From Lingula anatina (lineage: Eukaryota > Animalia > Brachiopoda): a DNA stretch of 64,000 nt. The stretch spans positions 37,454,401 to 37,518,400 of the forward strand of contig CM120641.1 of the NCBI GenBank assembly GCA_051362555.1, given 5' to 3'. Position numbers and translations under genes: made by a program. Below are positions 50,001-64,000 of the stretch, piece after piece (within the stretch, counting starts at the first letter, position 1; each line of letters begins with the position of its first letter). The notes beneath the pieces were generated by a model that was not told the DNA's origin, ran no database searches, and saw only the letters and a program-made list of their open reading frames with translations.

Positions 50001-53000
50001 TGTACCATATTAAACACCCAACCCAGGTGCAGTGACAATATTATGGACCACTGATTTCTGAAAATTATAGCTATCTAATAATAAATGGCAATACATCTTT
50101 CCTTAAGTGTTTGGAAATGGTTCGCTAGTTATGACAAATAATCTGTAGTCTAATCATATGTGATAAAACTAATATAGAATATTCTTTTATATGCCAATTC
50201 AGCAATACACAATTCCTCATTTGTATGGATACAATAGGATGTTCAAGATATCCCAATGTGTTTCAGTCTTATGTCGTGCTGTCGCGCTCCATATTGTGAA
50301 TGGAAATTTAGATGTCATACACATTCATACACCAATTCAGCAGCCCACTAAGCTGTTTTGTATCAAAACAAAGATAATAAAATACGGGTGATGCATATAA
50401 CTCCGTGCTACGACTATTCCGAATGGAAATTGTATTAGATGTTTTATCTATTCTTCTCCTCATTCTTCAACAGTCCAATAAAATCGAATTGTACGGCTGC
50501 AACAGGCCAGGGGGGTCAAAGCATTTACGTTACATCGTGCCGACTTGTGAATGAAATGTTTCGATGTCATCTTCATTTTTATACGTTTGCCAACTCAGAT
50601 CAACTATTTACGCCCATACCACAGAGTATGATGGATATGACGAAAAGGATCGGAATTATGCCAAAAAGCTTCTGAAAATATATTTGATTTCTGCTTCTAC
50701 CATTACAGAACACAGGTGTATGCAGCAGATTTTAAAAGAACATATGCTTGTAATACCTTTTGTATTGTATCAATTAGGCCACGAAAGTTTTGAAAAAGAT
50801 GCAACAAAACGTTTACATTATTCTGCACTATATGCGACAAACGCCCCCATGACTGAAAATATGGATATAATATACACTTATATACTCATTCATCAATTTA
50901 CGTCGGTTTGAATGTTACACAGCTTGAACCTTTAACTAGAAAAGAAAAAATTAGATCAAGAACATCGATTCATGCTTAATTCAGTAATTCCATTATTAGA
51001 TATAATATTAACAGGCCAATACAACTGATTCTGTTACACTGCACTGTGTCACATGCATATAAAATGTAGTGCTGTGCAATTTACAAATCTGGGTGGTATC
51101 ATTATACACCAAGAATGTGAATATAAATAGTAGAACATACAGTACTTAGATATAACAGATTGATTAATTATTTTCTTTACGACTAGATGCTCTGCAACGT
51201 GTCGTCGTGTTTTATGGCGTGTAGTCAACCATTTTGACGTTACGTCCAAATTTTGGGTGTTGTGTGTATACAGTCAGACGTTCTATTACGTCGTACTCTG
51301 TGACATACAACTGGTGCAGTAGTGTGTATATATTAAATGTAGGTCTACGCACCTTGTAAATCCGTGACACTTTGCCATATCCCTCCGACGCATGTCCGTA
51401 GACTTGATGTGGCAATGTCAAAGACAACCTTACCACTACTGGCCCAAGAGCAGGTAAGGTCACTGTATTTTGCTGAAAAACGATGAAATAATTCTTACAG
51501 AACGGCGTAAGTTTCTTTCCTAATTACACACTTCAAGAAAAGGATGACGGGTTTTGGTATCAAAATGAAAAATATATTTTCCTGGGTCAAACACTATACT
51601 TCATTAGTAAAAACAAATATAAAAATCTATAATCAAAAACGGACTGTCATGATGCATGACAATCGCTAAAAAATAAATTCGTCAATATCGTGCTATACTT
51701 TACCATTGAGTGAATACGGTGAAGTTTGCATAAGGCACTGAGAGGGAGGTACACGAAACACGAAACACAATTTCAACTACATTTTAATGTATGACAAATA
51801 AAAAACAATTTTGCATTTTTAGTATTGAATAACAAAAACAATACGCCTAAAATATCACAGGCATTATTCTTATATTAAAATTTACAGTTCATATTGAGGA
51901 GATCCCAAAATGAACTAGTACATGGGTTATTTTAAAAAGACACACAGCAGAGTGATACAAAAATACATCTTTACGAAAAATGAAAATATTTGCAAACCGT
52001 CATAAAATGAATTCATGTTGCGCATATCTTACACACTGGAGGAGCAATATCGAATACATATTTACATATGTTCCATATTTCCACCACAGTGTTGTCAGCA
52101 GACGAAAGGCATATGGTGTAACTTGATATTTAATTAAAACAGATTTTATCTCTTTTCGACACTTTCCCCTGCAGTCAAAAAAAGCTGTATCAAAACACAT
52201 TTTGGTTATATTTGTATATGTGTAATAATTCACAGTGGTAAACTCATTTTGAAAAATAGTTATTTGTTTTCTACCTTGAGGTTTTTTTAATAAACTTTTG
52301 CTATCCGAAAGAGCTGTTAGTATTATTTTAAAAATATTTTATTATATTAATCACATTATTAATTTTGCCCTTACTAAATTGATTGCCACCTCGTATGGCT
52401 CCAACGTAACGCCACGATCCTTTTACGATAAATTCAGCTTAGATTGTGTAAACTAGGCATATGCAAGTCATATAATCGAAGAAAATCACAAATCTCTTTT
52501 CATTTTTACTTCAAAATGTAGCCCCATATGCCTTTATTGGTTTTGAAAGTGCTTTTTCTGTCATAGGGGCACGTCATCATCTACAGTGAGGTTTTGTGTT
52601 GTGCAGACACATGTTACATGTAGTAAAATGCACAGCTTTGGTTAAAAAGTCATTTTCTGAGTTTATTTAAAGAAAAAAAAAACGTCAGGAGCACTCCATC
52701 TGAAGACTACACAAACATACTTTAAATAATTCTTCGATTATATGGGGGAATGTTGGGATATTCATGAAATCTGAAAAATGTATTGAAGTTTTCGCGTTCG
52801 GTTCGGTTTTGGTCCTGATAATACCGAACAAAATCCAACTGACATTAGCACAGGCGCCTTTTTTCCGTCCATTTACTTAATTTCAATTCCTTTTTATATT
52901 ATCTTTTTTTTTTTTTTTTTTGGGGGGGGGGTCACACTATACACCGTTCATTTTCCATGTTGGACTCAGGCGAAACTGCTGTCAGTTCTTTAAAGCAGTT

Positions 53001-55340
53001 TTGTCAAATTCCCTAACACTTACGTTCCACTTCGGAAGGCTTTCCTGGGTGTGGCGTATCGTTCTCCCAGCCTCGACTGATGGTTGGTAGAGATGGCGTG
53101 AGTGACGGACAAGCAAGACGGGATGCGTCCGAGCCGGGGAGTAGGATTAGTTGTTTTAGAAGACCCTAAAATATCAGTTAACATCAAAAATATATTGCAT
53201 TGCATGTATAAATGTATGATAATACGTTCTTGTTAACATGTATGACACTTACTTTAATAGTGCTAACGTAATTGATTGGCAAGTGACGTTACTTACTATA
53301 TACTTATTACTAGGATTTAACCAGTTAATAATTAATATCAATAAATAAAGAAAAAAGATAAGAAAGGGAGAAAAGTGGATATTCTATCGATTAACAGCAG
53401 TATGAATATTTGGATTTTTCTACTTGATGCAATTCATTACACTGAATTGATTCGTCAACGTCTTTCCATTGGCGATATGCACATTGTTGTTGGTTGTATT
53501 CAGCCACGCCGGAAAACTCCTCCTTAATTTCTGATATTTCTGTTCTTTGCAATCAACTCGTAAGCCAACTATCTTGGCTGTCACTGTCAAAACAAATGTG
53601 TGCCATTTGCCATCGAATATATCAGCCACTTTGAACACTGACGTCCTTTTAGTCCCCGGCGTTGTTTTATAATCCGTATAATCAAAAATTATCCTCCCTT
53701 TCGACAGCCTCAGCCCTAGCTTTACCTCTAGACTTTGCTCGGGCATAAGTGCAAAAATGTATTCGTTGTCAATGGATTCCACTGAATTTGGGGGGAGTTT
53801 GAGAGTGACGAGTATGGAGAATTCTTCGGGAAATATCGAACAGCGTGTGAGGATGTTTGATGCTGGGAATCGAAGTGTTTGAGCCTGCTTGGAGAAGGAA
53901 AAAGCGTGGACGTAGCCTTCATCGTCATATATAAGATTGACTCCCCGTGGAAGCTGGTACCGATCTGGGACGGCATTTCCGATGAGATATATTGGACGCA
54001 GAGCTGAAGAACATAAATCAAAAATATTTTGTTAGCAATTGTTATTTTTTCTGTATGAAATGACAAATTTGATGAATGTGTTGAGGTTCGTCTGCGTCTT
54101 TATTTTCAAACCGATGTCCATTCAATAGGAAAGATAGAATGCATAGCTTGAACATTAATCAAAAGTATTTTGTTAACGTTTATCATTTTTCTTAGCAGAA
54201 TGGCAGAAAATGACAAATGTATTTTGAAATGAGATTTTTTTCAGCCCAGAATATTTCCAACGAATACATTAATCGGAAATATTTTTCAAACTGATTTAAA
54301 TAAATGGAATAGATGGATATACAGCAGAGTTGTAAAGCACAAATCAAAAGATTTCAGCGATTATTTATATATTTTTCTTTACTTTGAATGGAAAATAATG
54401 CAGAATGTTGTCTTAATTTGATTAATTTTCAGTTTGGCCTCTGTACATATGTAATGTATATTACAAGATATCATGAATGCAGTTAACTTGAATGTAAACT
54501 CAAGTTTTAATAAGTAGACCTATCCTTCAAAAAGTTTAATAATTGCCTTATTTTGCTTTGCAAGCGAACGACAGACGTTGTGTAAATGAGGTTTAGAAGA
54601 ATGAGAATGCGACAGGATACATGATGGAATGAACTAATACTTTTAACATTGACTAACATCATGATATCCCAAGAGTTGAGCGTTGTCGGTTACTTCTTTA
54701 CTTTGCAAATATTAAATGGTAACGGGCATCTGATTACGTTTGTCATATTTTCAGGTAGGAAAGCTGGCATGATGCAGAATTTAATGACGATCACTAGAGA
54801 CCCAATGCCGATTTAAATCAGCACGGTTGATAAGATCAAAGGGTACAATTTCAAGATAGAAGGTTTAAGGGCGATAGGTATGATCATAAGCAAATATTTA
54901 AGTAGGATACCAGTACCACTTGCATGCTGTCAAATTCATTCCTGTAACATTTCTCATCTCGCGTAAGCTCTTCTCTCGCTCAACTCAATTTGAATTTTAA
55001 TGCAAAGAAAATCTAATTTTTGGCAAACATTGCATCTTGTAAATCACTTACCAGGACACACCCACTTTATTGAAGATTTGGAAATGACTAACTGCTCTTA
55101 ACCACCCGGACAATGAAGTTCAGTTAGTTTGTTTTCTAATTCTGTGTACTGAGCTGTTTAACCTGTCATAATCACTCAGCTCCCCACCCCTCGACCGTCT
55201 CGTGCCAATATTTAGTGTCTTAAGTAGATTATGGCGAGTAGTAGGTCTTTATTATTAGTATAGAAAGGCTAGCATGCCTTTCCTACACCACAGAGAGAGA
55301 GAGAGAGAGAGAATAGAAAGGCTAGCATGCCTTTCCTACA

Positions 55341-55396
<56 letters not shown>

Positions 55397-58300
55397 GGAG
55401 AGAGAGAGATGTCGATCAGTCAAGCACCTATGTTGTATGACAGGTAGAATGCACGGTATACAGCTAGTATATAAATTTGACATTTTCACAAACATCTCAG
55501 TTTGTCTAGCAGATTTGAATTTGACTGGTAAATTGCCCGTTAATCTCCGGCCACCGAGAAACGGATACTATGGCCTATGATATGTGTCGCATTTCTTCTC
55601 CTCGTAAAAATGAACCTCTACAATACTTGGTCTCTTTAATGGACAGCTAGAGAATGAATCGAAAGACTTGATATTACATTTTCTCAAGTCAAACCACCTT
55701 TCTAAAAACGTTGTTTAACTAGACGTTTTGGCTGGTTGGATGTGCGTGTCCCAGTCTTAGGATGCTGCGGGGGGTAAGCCGACCCTGAACAAACACATTC
55801 GACAACTGACACTGCTTGACTTCAAACTGATATTTGGAATTTTATTTCTGTCGTCTCTTCAAATTACACCCTGTCGGAAATTGAAATAAGTAAAGAAGTA
55901 GTCATTCAAGGTATGTCACGATTGTTGAAATTAAACAAGATATGGATTTCATATATGTTCATGTTCTCGTATAAAACTGTACCGGTAGGCCTAATCGCTT
56001 TGAAAATATTACATTTAGCACTAATTCTTTTTGCGCCATAACTAGGACCATGTTTATAATAAAAAGTGACTTTGGTCGAGACTTCCTTCTTTAAGTTTCC
56101 AGTTCATGTCAGTCATTTACATGAGCAAGTCGAACCGCCCGTTCGCGATTAATTGAATGTGATCAGGCGCTCCCAATACAAGCCGCCCTAGCAGAAATTT
56201 GCCACATAGAATAGCTCGGGGTTCTCCAGGTTAATATGGTAGGCTATAACACTCGGGGTTTCCCAGGTTGAAATGGAATAATAATCTGAGTATGGACAGG
56301 CAGGTTTTGGTTCACTTCTCTGCTGCACCTGTTGCTCACCTGTTTCAGGGTAATTTAGCTGCACGAAAAATAATTTTCTGCTGTCTCATGCAACACCGAC
56401 TTATTCTGACCTGGATCGTCCAGGAGTGGTTTCAAATGATAAGTGTAAACTCTCCTAAAGTAGATGCAACATAAATTAATTTACATAATTCCAGATCTTG
56501 TCTCCTGGATGCAACCTGGTGTGATTCTCTAATTATCGCCGACACAATCATAATGGGTGGTCGCCCAGGTAACACGAATTTTTTCATACAGTCCTGTAAT
56601 TAAATTTAGATAACATGAAATGAGCGGAGGCTAAAGATGCGGCTGTTTCTTGTCAGCGGTGTTAATCTAGGACAATTATGAAGTGATGATTGATTGACGT
56701 GCATCTAAAAACCAAGGGTCCTTATCGTTCAGACATTTACGCAGCCATTAAAATTCATAAATGAACATTGCCGGGACCTGCTAGCTGGTTGCTGTTCATA
56801 TCAGCAGAGACGGACAACTAAATGACAAATTGATGCTACTCGACGATATTGGACTTTTCAATTCACGCAGAGAAATAATTGAGTTGTATTAAATAGACAT
56901 CAATTCAAGATCTCTCACGTAACATCCAGAGACTGTATATCCGAAATAAATACACTTCCAGGGTTAAGTTGGAAACGACAAAGTGGGCTTAAATTGGAAA
57001 TTCCTAAAAGCAAACTGTAAAAGAAAGCAGTAGCAAAATTCGCCTTCGGATATGGCAAAATTCTCACCTGCTCGAGCAAGTGTTACGTCACGATGGAATT
57101 TGCGCACACGAATTACGACATCCCTCTAAACTCCAGACAAACCGTTCGTACATCGCAGAAATTACAAAATCAATAGCCATAAAATTGGATTTTATTGGTG
57201 CTGTAATAATATACAAGGCAATACCTAAGTAGACAAACAAAGATGGGGCAAGTTTTCATGACTTTCAACCCAAAGGTTGAAAACAGACAATTGCTCTTTT
57301 GCCAATTGGTAAATCTGTTTATTGCCATCCTAAGTTCAGTTACTTATTGAATTTTCACTCCAGTGCCCAAGGAACAAAGCTCAAACGGTACGAAAATATT
57401 TGTTTAAGTGTTTTTTCTACTTCTATCAGATAGCAGAAGTTTAATCTCTAGCATTCGAACTTATCCCATGAATGAGTTGCATTCACCTGCGGGTTCGATA
57501 GAACGGAAGAGAGTTCTTGGGGTTATCTTCTTCTTGTGATAGAGCAATGAAGTTGACACTGTGACAAGCTAAAGTGCAGTCTTGAGGATAAGGCAGACGG
57601 GATTTTATACTGGGCTCGCTTAATAAATTGTACATTGTCAGCATTTCAATTTCTAAGGGAATTTAATACTTCAAAGTAGTCTGTGAGATAAAGAATAAAA
57701 GAAATTAAATGAAACGGGAAAATAAGTACCATCACGTATTTTTGATTACCTGAAGCAATTCAATATTTCAAATTGTTTAAAGAGCTCAATATAATAGTGA
57801 TTTAATGCCCGCACGGGTTTAATAATTCAATATAATTTATAGCGCCTTGGTTCTCCACTTCATCAATTCAAGAACTATAAAGCATTCTATAAAAGTTGGT
57901 GTAAAATAGGGAACCACCATTAAGAGTGTCTATGTATAACAATGTTCTAAACAACAGGTTTCAGACAAAAAAAGAAAGAATGTATCTGGACTAATCGACA
58001 GAACGGAATAGAACAATGTCGGTGAGGTGCATTTTTTGTGTGATATATCAATGTTCATTTACATGGTGTGTTACAGATACCGTGAAATATTTGCCAAGGA
58101 GTTAAAGCTACTATGTTCAAATGCACCAGAACCAGAACTAACTTCCCTCAATCTGTCCTGTCAAGTTACATGTTCATTTTTTTAAAAGGTTTGAAGTCGT
58201 ATTTGTATTTAAGTATAGTATGACCGAAAGTTATCCGCGTCACGCAAAGTAAGAATGTGAGAGGCCTCTTCTTCAGAACGCTTCTTTAATACCTAGTCTA

Positions 58301-59368
58301 TTTCGCAAATCACCTCTCCACAAATATTAATTCCGAATATTTTTCAAAGGAAATGCGCACTTTTACCCGTACTAATAACCCGTCAAAATGTCACAAGGCG
58401 CGTGAACTACCATCAAGAAAATTATGTGCTTTGAGATAACAATATAAACGTCGCTTAGATTACTTTTATGGGGCTCTTTAACTATATCGCTGTTTGACGT
58501 GCAATCTCTAGATATTGTTGAGAACGAGAGATTATCAACAAAGGGCGCTAATTGTCGACCTCCTCGGACAGCAGCGAGAGATCCCGCAATACCCAACTTT
58601 TTTGATGGATGTCTGAAGTTTTAACCTCATCTCTCCACAGCTGTCGAGTTCTAGTTTGTCTCCGTTTCAGCAATTTACTTTGATATATCGTCCGGAAAAC
58701 GGAAACTTAAGAATGCCTATAAATAATACTTTCTTTCCAAATTAATATTCTTTCTTGGTAGCTTTTGATACAGCTGAGTAGAAATTTGTCCATGTGAAAG
58801 GGGCATCCTTTTGTTGTGGATTTTAGAATTTATTGACCTATTTCAGTTCAGTGGCATTTCTTTGAAGTTCCTTCGGTTTTATACCGAAGATAAGACTGAT
58901 TTTTATTGCCGCAGAATCTTAAAAATAGGTAACTCATAAAATAGACTAACAAACCGAACACCTGATTAATATTTTGGTGGAAACGAAGAGATGATTCATT
59001 CTTTATCTTTATATCTGTTTTACAGTGTTATATTAGCAGAGATATGAGGGCATTTCCACACAATAGAAAAGTTGGAAAAACAGACACAGTAATAAAGACG
59101 AGGAGGGATAGTGGTGTCAGATTTTTAACATGCCCACTGTATCATAGCCTAAGGAGATGCACTATATATCCCGCTTAATGAATGTGGTCAGGACACCAAA
59201 TATATGTTCTAAATCTTACAATGATATAATGATAAATCTTATATCAAATCATGTCTATTGTAACCTACCTGTACATGCTTTGGGGAAGCTCTGTCCCTCA
59301 GCCTGAAGCACGCAGAGTAAGAGTAAAACTATGAAACCAACGGGCACCATCGTCCGACTATCTGTCAT
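47037..59368 (-). CDS. TSPEAR: Thrombospondin-type laminin G domain and EAR (EPTP) repeat-containing secreted protein, 9 exons, ~679 aa
   Basis: Exons (minus): 59368-59269 (signal peptide MTDSRTMVPVGFIVLLLLCVLQAEG..ACT), 54003-53441 (TSPN/LamG: CSIFPEEFSILVTLK..DGKWHTFVLTV..LRVDC), 53165-53024 (GLLKQLILLPGSDA), 51472-51353, 49801-49548, 49253-49067, 48642-48413, 47801-47614, 47292-47037. All are GT-AG and phase-consistent (2040 nt). EAR repeats of the type Q.I.T..A.DWE.F.I....FLAVAN......S.IYKW are clear. Confidence 0.95.
48014..48169. mobile_element. Degenerate inverted-repeat (MITE-like) remnant in TSPEAR intron 7
   Basis: GCCCGTCAGTTTGACTT (48044-48060) pairs with AAGTTAAACTTACGGGC (48122-48138) at 15/17. 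An outer pair is GCCCGTGTGA / TCATATACGGGC. Confidence 0.5.
55261..55409. repeat. Duplicated 28-bp hairpin unit interleaved with (CA)n/(GA)n microsatellites
   Basis: TAGAAAGGCTAGCATGCCTTTCCTACAC occurs at 55261 and 55314, each copy followed by dinucleotide runs. Confidence 0.9.
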
Positions 59369-59545
59369 TCGCTGGAGAACAGCAGTGTAAACTTCGACTT
59401 CGCTAAGGTACGCTCAGATGCCTTCTGCCAAAACCCTGACATCCTTGCATAGTTTTGTTATTTTTCATTCAACATCTGTCGCAAGTTGCGGCGCGTCACA
59501 CTTGTCTTTTGGTGTCCTTGTTCGTATCTCGTTAAAAGAAACACA

Positions 59546-59576
59546 GACTGTTTCAAGTTAGCGCGGCGCTTATATA
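59546..59576 (-). promoter_or_regulatory. Candidate TATA box + initiator of TSPEAR
   Basis: TATATAAG on minus (59576-59569) is followed by a GC-rich stretch and CAGTC ~27 nt downstream, about 180 nt upstream of the ATG. Confidence 0.5.
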
Positions 59577-61355
59577 AGCCATATTTTCCAAAAATGCACA
59601 TCTGCTACATGAGTAACTCCTCGGTCTCTGTCTTGTCCCTTGGTTGAACTTTTCCTCCTTAGATATACAGAATAAGAAAGAAGCCGGTGTCAGTGTTCAG
59701 CTCCCCAAGTACAGACTGGCTGAACATTAATACTAAGAAATTGAAACTCCAACCTTTTATGTTGAAACTGCACGCATGAAGTTCGCTTGTTGATCTTTTG
59801 CCCGGTTGTCAACACCGCTGTGACTATTGTAAGACGTAAGAAACACCCGTTTCACGCGTCGCACATTGGTGTCTTGGTCTCCCCATGTGGAGAGCTGACA
59901 GTGTCAACATGATAATATATAGGTAAATGTGCTGGCCTCTTGTGTGTTATCACTATCGCATCAAGGAGAGAAGAAGAGGATACAAGTTGGAGTAAAGCTT
60001 GGGTTACAAAGCATTGCCGCATCGTCCCCGCCGATCTCTACGTCATAAGAACTTGTGACACCATCATTTATAAATAAATGCGCATCGCGTAATTTAAACA
60101 TCAGACAAGGTGCTCTCCTTCGCTATTGATGTTATAAGAAAGTGCCGACAGTTGGTGGGCCTGTGCCTTAAAGCTTAGTTTTTATGGCTGCTGTCAGCGA
60201 CAATGACCTCAGGTGGACCCACATGTAGTTGTGGCCTTCCACAGGCGCACGCAGGCGTGGAGTGGAGTTTGTGGCGAGATTGGCCCCCGTGGTTGATCAA
60301 ACAGACCAGACGTGTGACCGACACGAAGAATTTTTAAGTGCGCTCACTTTAGAAAACGGTAATCACTTTCAATCCAACCTCATCGGCTCACTTCCAACGA
60401 TAAAGAAAACGGGCTCAGATAGGATATGCCTTGTATTATCATATTTATGTTTAATGTACACTATCTGAACGCAACTTAAATTGCCGGTCATGGTCAGTGT
60501 TTTATGATATGCTTTGTCGGTACATATTTGCCGCTCAAACTCCCCAACAAAAGGATTGCAACAACACAATCACTAAGTATTTTACTCGAGCCTTTGGTTT
60601 CAATTGAAGCTCAATAGAAACTCGAGGCTTTTGCTATCAATACATTTGATATTGTATGCATCATCATTGGTAATAAGATATGCCGACGTAGTATGCTCGG
60701 CTGGCTCAGCAAGAGCCGTATTTCCCCTTAGGTCTTTGCTTTGAAGCCGATACCTGCATTCCTCTAGCCAAAGACCCTCGCTCACGCTCAGCAACGGATC
60801 GCTAAGTGCAAATTAAATTCTATTTTCATTTTATGTCTGATTTGGTTTAACGATAGCACCCTTGTCAGCTCTATTCTATAGGCTGCAAAGAGCTTTTGCT
60901 GCTTCTTCCCTATGCCCCCGTAAACATTTATGAATCTAGACAGATTGGGGTTTTCAAAGACTTAACCCCTAACTGCCCATTATATCAATTTCTCGATATC
61001 CACGGACAAAGTGAATATCAATCATGAATATTAAAGTGCTGAGACCTTTATAGCACCTAAAAACATCAAAGAAAAGCGAAACTTAGCTACTGCCAAAATG
61101 TCACGGCGTTTTCTTTTTATGCCTGGCACCTAGTTATATTTGTATGTATGCATCATTTTGATGAGATCTTTATAATAATCTTCAACCAAACAAACTCTGC
61201 TCCGTTTCACGCACTACTATACTTGCGGTATGAGATGAAAACGGGAATTTTGCAGTTGGAATGAAAAGAATGATCATTGATGAATGTAAATATGTTGGTT
61301 AATTCATACACCAACTAGTGAACTATTCATACACTTCAACAAGACGTTGGAAATA

Positions 61356-61398
61356 ACACACACACATACACACACAGAGGGGGGGGGGGGGGGGGGGG

Positions 61399-61444
<46 letters not shown>
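61356..61444. repeat. Compound (AC)n, poly-G (~23 nt), (GA)n tract
   Basis: Direct observation. Confidence 0.93.
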
Positions 61445-61449
<5 letters not shown>

Positions 61450-64000
61450 GGGAAGATTGAAGCTGTCCGTAAATCGGATAGTGATCACACTGTCTGAAGA
61501 AAATGCTGCCCGACTAAATTGTGCAAATATTTCTACCACCTGAAATATTTTAGATAACCCCTTTCATTCCAGTTTTGAGCACCCGTTCTTAATCAGAGTT
61601 TACGTAAGATCGTCAATTTAAGACACCATTGGTAAATTAGATACGAGTTGAAAACTACCTGAGGTTAATTTTATAATCCCTTTCCTTAAACTTAATTTTC
61701 CCATTTATACCAAATAGAATTGCGGGCAATAAACCAATCAAAATGACTCGAAGTTGTAATAGACACGCGTTTAAGGTAGATAAACAATCACAAGTACAAT
61801 TTGAGCAAATAGAAAAGACTTTCATGTCGCATTACCGGGGCAGTGGCCAAAGTTTGTCAGGCGAGAAAAGAATCTTTATAAGAACTAAACTATAAGAACG
61901 GGATTACTGTAACAAATAAACTCCACTCGACAACCCCCAAATCCTTAGCTTTGATCAAAGAGCCAATTTCTATATGAATTATACTATAAAGAGCTCAAGG
62001 GTCCCGAACTTGGCAGCGGGGTTGATTTTCCATTATTTACCTCTATTTCGAAAGTGCACAGTGTCAGACCACAAATTATGCTATTATAGCTTGTTATTGC
62101 CTAAACCATATCTAATATATTAATGCGTGTAAGGAGGTCTATCCCCTTACCGAGTCATTTTCATTTTTACCATGTCATTTCCTTCTGTCATGCAGTATTT
62201 TTTAAAATCTAACACCCATTTTGGTATTTGTATTTATTTGTACTCTTTTTTATCTGGTGATGGCTGTTTTTTTTCTTGTGTGTTACATTCGAAAATTCAA
62301 TAATATTAGCTTGAAAGCAGATGAACTGGCGGGGAAAACTTCTAACAAACGGATCTTATTTGCGCTTTAAGTACTTTTTTTCCATAAAAACCAATTTCAA
62401 CTTCACATTTCCTCGCATTTGAAAGCATAGGGCGGAATAACATTTTATAACGTGTATTTCACCTTTCAAATAATGCTCGGTATTTCGATATGTGTATATG
62501 ACAATTCTAAAAAAAAAAAAAAAAAAAAAAAGGGAGAGAGAGAGAAAATACCCGCCTCTCTGTGTATTGTTAAGATAGACTTAATCAATGTAGGCCTATA
62601 TATAATTTGCGAAAAGCAGATCATAAAAAGTTATTGAAAGAAACGCCAGTCCGTTTAGTTAATATGCCTTTATAAATGATTCTGCTAGTCATGGAGTGCG
62701 ATAGCTTTTTTTAAAAAAACAACATTAGTATTTCGTTGTATAACACTTTATAAATCGAGGCCCCTATTTTTTTTCGCAGTTATTTAATGTTTTTTTTTTA
62801 AATTCTAATTAAGGGGGTGGTTTTATCTTTAGATTTATTCTAAAAAATACTTAAATAGGGTGTTTGCGTTTGTAAATGCTCGTTAAGATCCAAACATAAG
62901 TTAATACTAATTTGTGGTAAGAGATAGGGGCCTATTCATCTGTTGACATCATTGTCAATGCATTAGAGAAAACTTTAGGGTGTCCCTTTACTTCTCAATC
63001 GCATCTACACTTATTCAAAGAATGTTGCATAAATTTAGATATATTCTATATTTTAAGGTTCAAATTAGCAGTGAGCATATACTTTACAAGCTTTTGATTG
63101 CATCAAATCAATACGAAATCATTGATAAGTGTAAATCTAGCATAAGTTCGTCTTGAAACTCTTCTAACTGGAGATTGAAAAAGACGAACGCTGCCAAGGA
63201 CAGGACAAGCTAGGAAATGGGAATGTCCTCTATACAACCACATGGAATGGGATGAATCTCACGAAAACATTTTGAATGTTTATGTGAAAAGGTAAGGTGT
63301 ATATATGTTGTGTTGTATGTAATTGATTGAAAGTGGTTTGCATCAACTTGGTGAATCGTTTGAATTACGCAGATATCCGTCGACTGCCAACGTCTATGCT
63401 AATTCAAGTAACTGAATTATATCATGTCACTTTTTTGCAAGATTTTTATTTTCAGTGATATACTCTTTTGAAAAACGATTTTTTAAAAAGTTCTTAATAG
63501 AACTTACTGTTTCTATATAAGTACTCCTGAAATGAGCAGATTCTCAAGAGGTCCAGCTTTTTATGGAAAACCTAAGCTAACTGTCACAGTAGAAATGTAA
63601 ATGTACTCATTCTAATTTCCACTGGTAGTTGTTGACATTGAAGAACTATCAGGACAAAATTGTTATTCTTGGATCTAAGTACAGCATTTGTGTCCTTTGA
63701 TTTTGGAATGGTGATATAATCTAATCATTTCCTTGTTTGTGATCTACTTACTAGTACCATGTTCCTCATTCTTCACCCAGTTGACCTTCAAAAAGTCAAC
63801 TGTCCCCAATCTATGAGAAAAACCCAGCTTTAGAATAAGATCCTTTTTATCTTAAAGACATCTTGTTCAAAATGTGGTTACCTGTCACTGATCTACAGAA
63901 AACCCCTTTCTTTACACTCAACCAGCTCCTACATAGTAGCACAAAAATTCATACGTTAGTATTCCTCTTTACATTTTTTTATACTTGTATGTACTGTATA

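Noticed and set aside
53728-54066. Apparent frameshift in TSPEAR exon 2 suggested by two overlapping ORFs
   Set aside because: Manual translation shows a single continuous frame from 54003 to 53441 (..LKLPPNSVESIDNEY..). The 112-aa ORF is a different, spurious frame.
59600-64000. Short ORFs upstream of TSPEAR; tRNA/SINE search
   Set aside because: No domain similarity, no exon chain and no convincing A/B-box pair; treated as intergenic.

Overview
AT-rich, intron-containing animal genomic DNA. It is probably from a marine invertebrate; the taxon cannot be fixed from the sequence alone. Manual exon chaining (GT-AG sites, phase-consistent) gives five protein-coding genes. EME1 is on the minus strand (11 exons, 21991-38759, ~615 aa). 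MRPL27 is on the plus strand (3 exons, 39127-41238, 145 aa) and lies head-to-head with EME1, with only 367 bp between the ATGs, the same divergent pairing as in human. The others are an unrecognised two-exon ~255-aa gene with an N-terminal Cys cluster (minus), an ankyrin-repeat gene with an uninterrupted CDS (minus, 392 aa), and TSPEAR (minus, 9 exons, 47037-59368, ~679 aa). The first ~21 kb has no recognisable CDS but carries a chain of minus-strand splice sites, suggesting a lncRNA or a long 5' leader, plus motif clusters. Introns contain MITE-like elements, a 27-bp minisatellite and many microsatellites. I cannot support a wholly new biological system. The best leads are the conserved EME1-MRPL27 bidirectional pair, the orphan gene with its TGAC-dense upstream region, the putative spliced non-coding transcript and a strand-asymmetric 56-nt hairpin.
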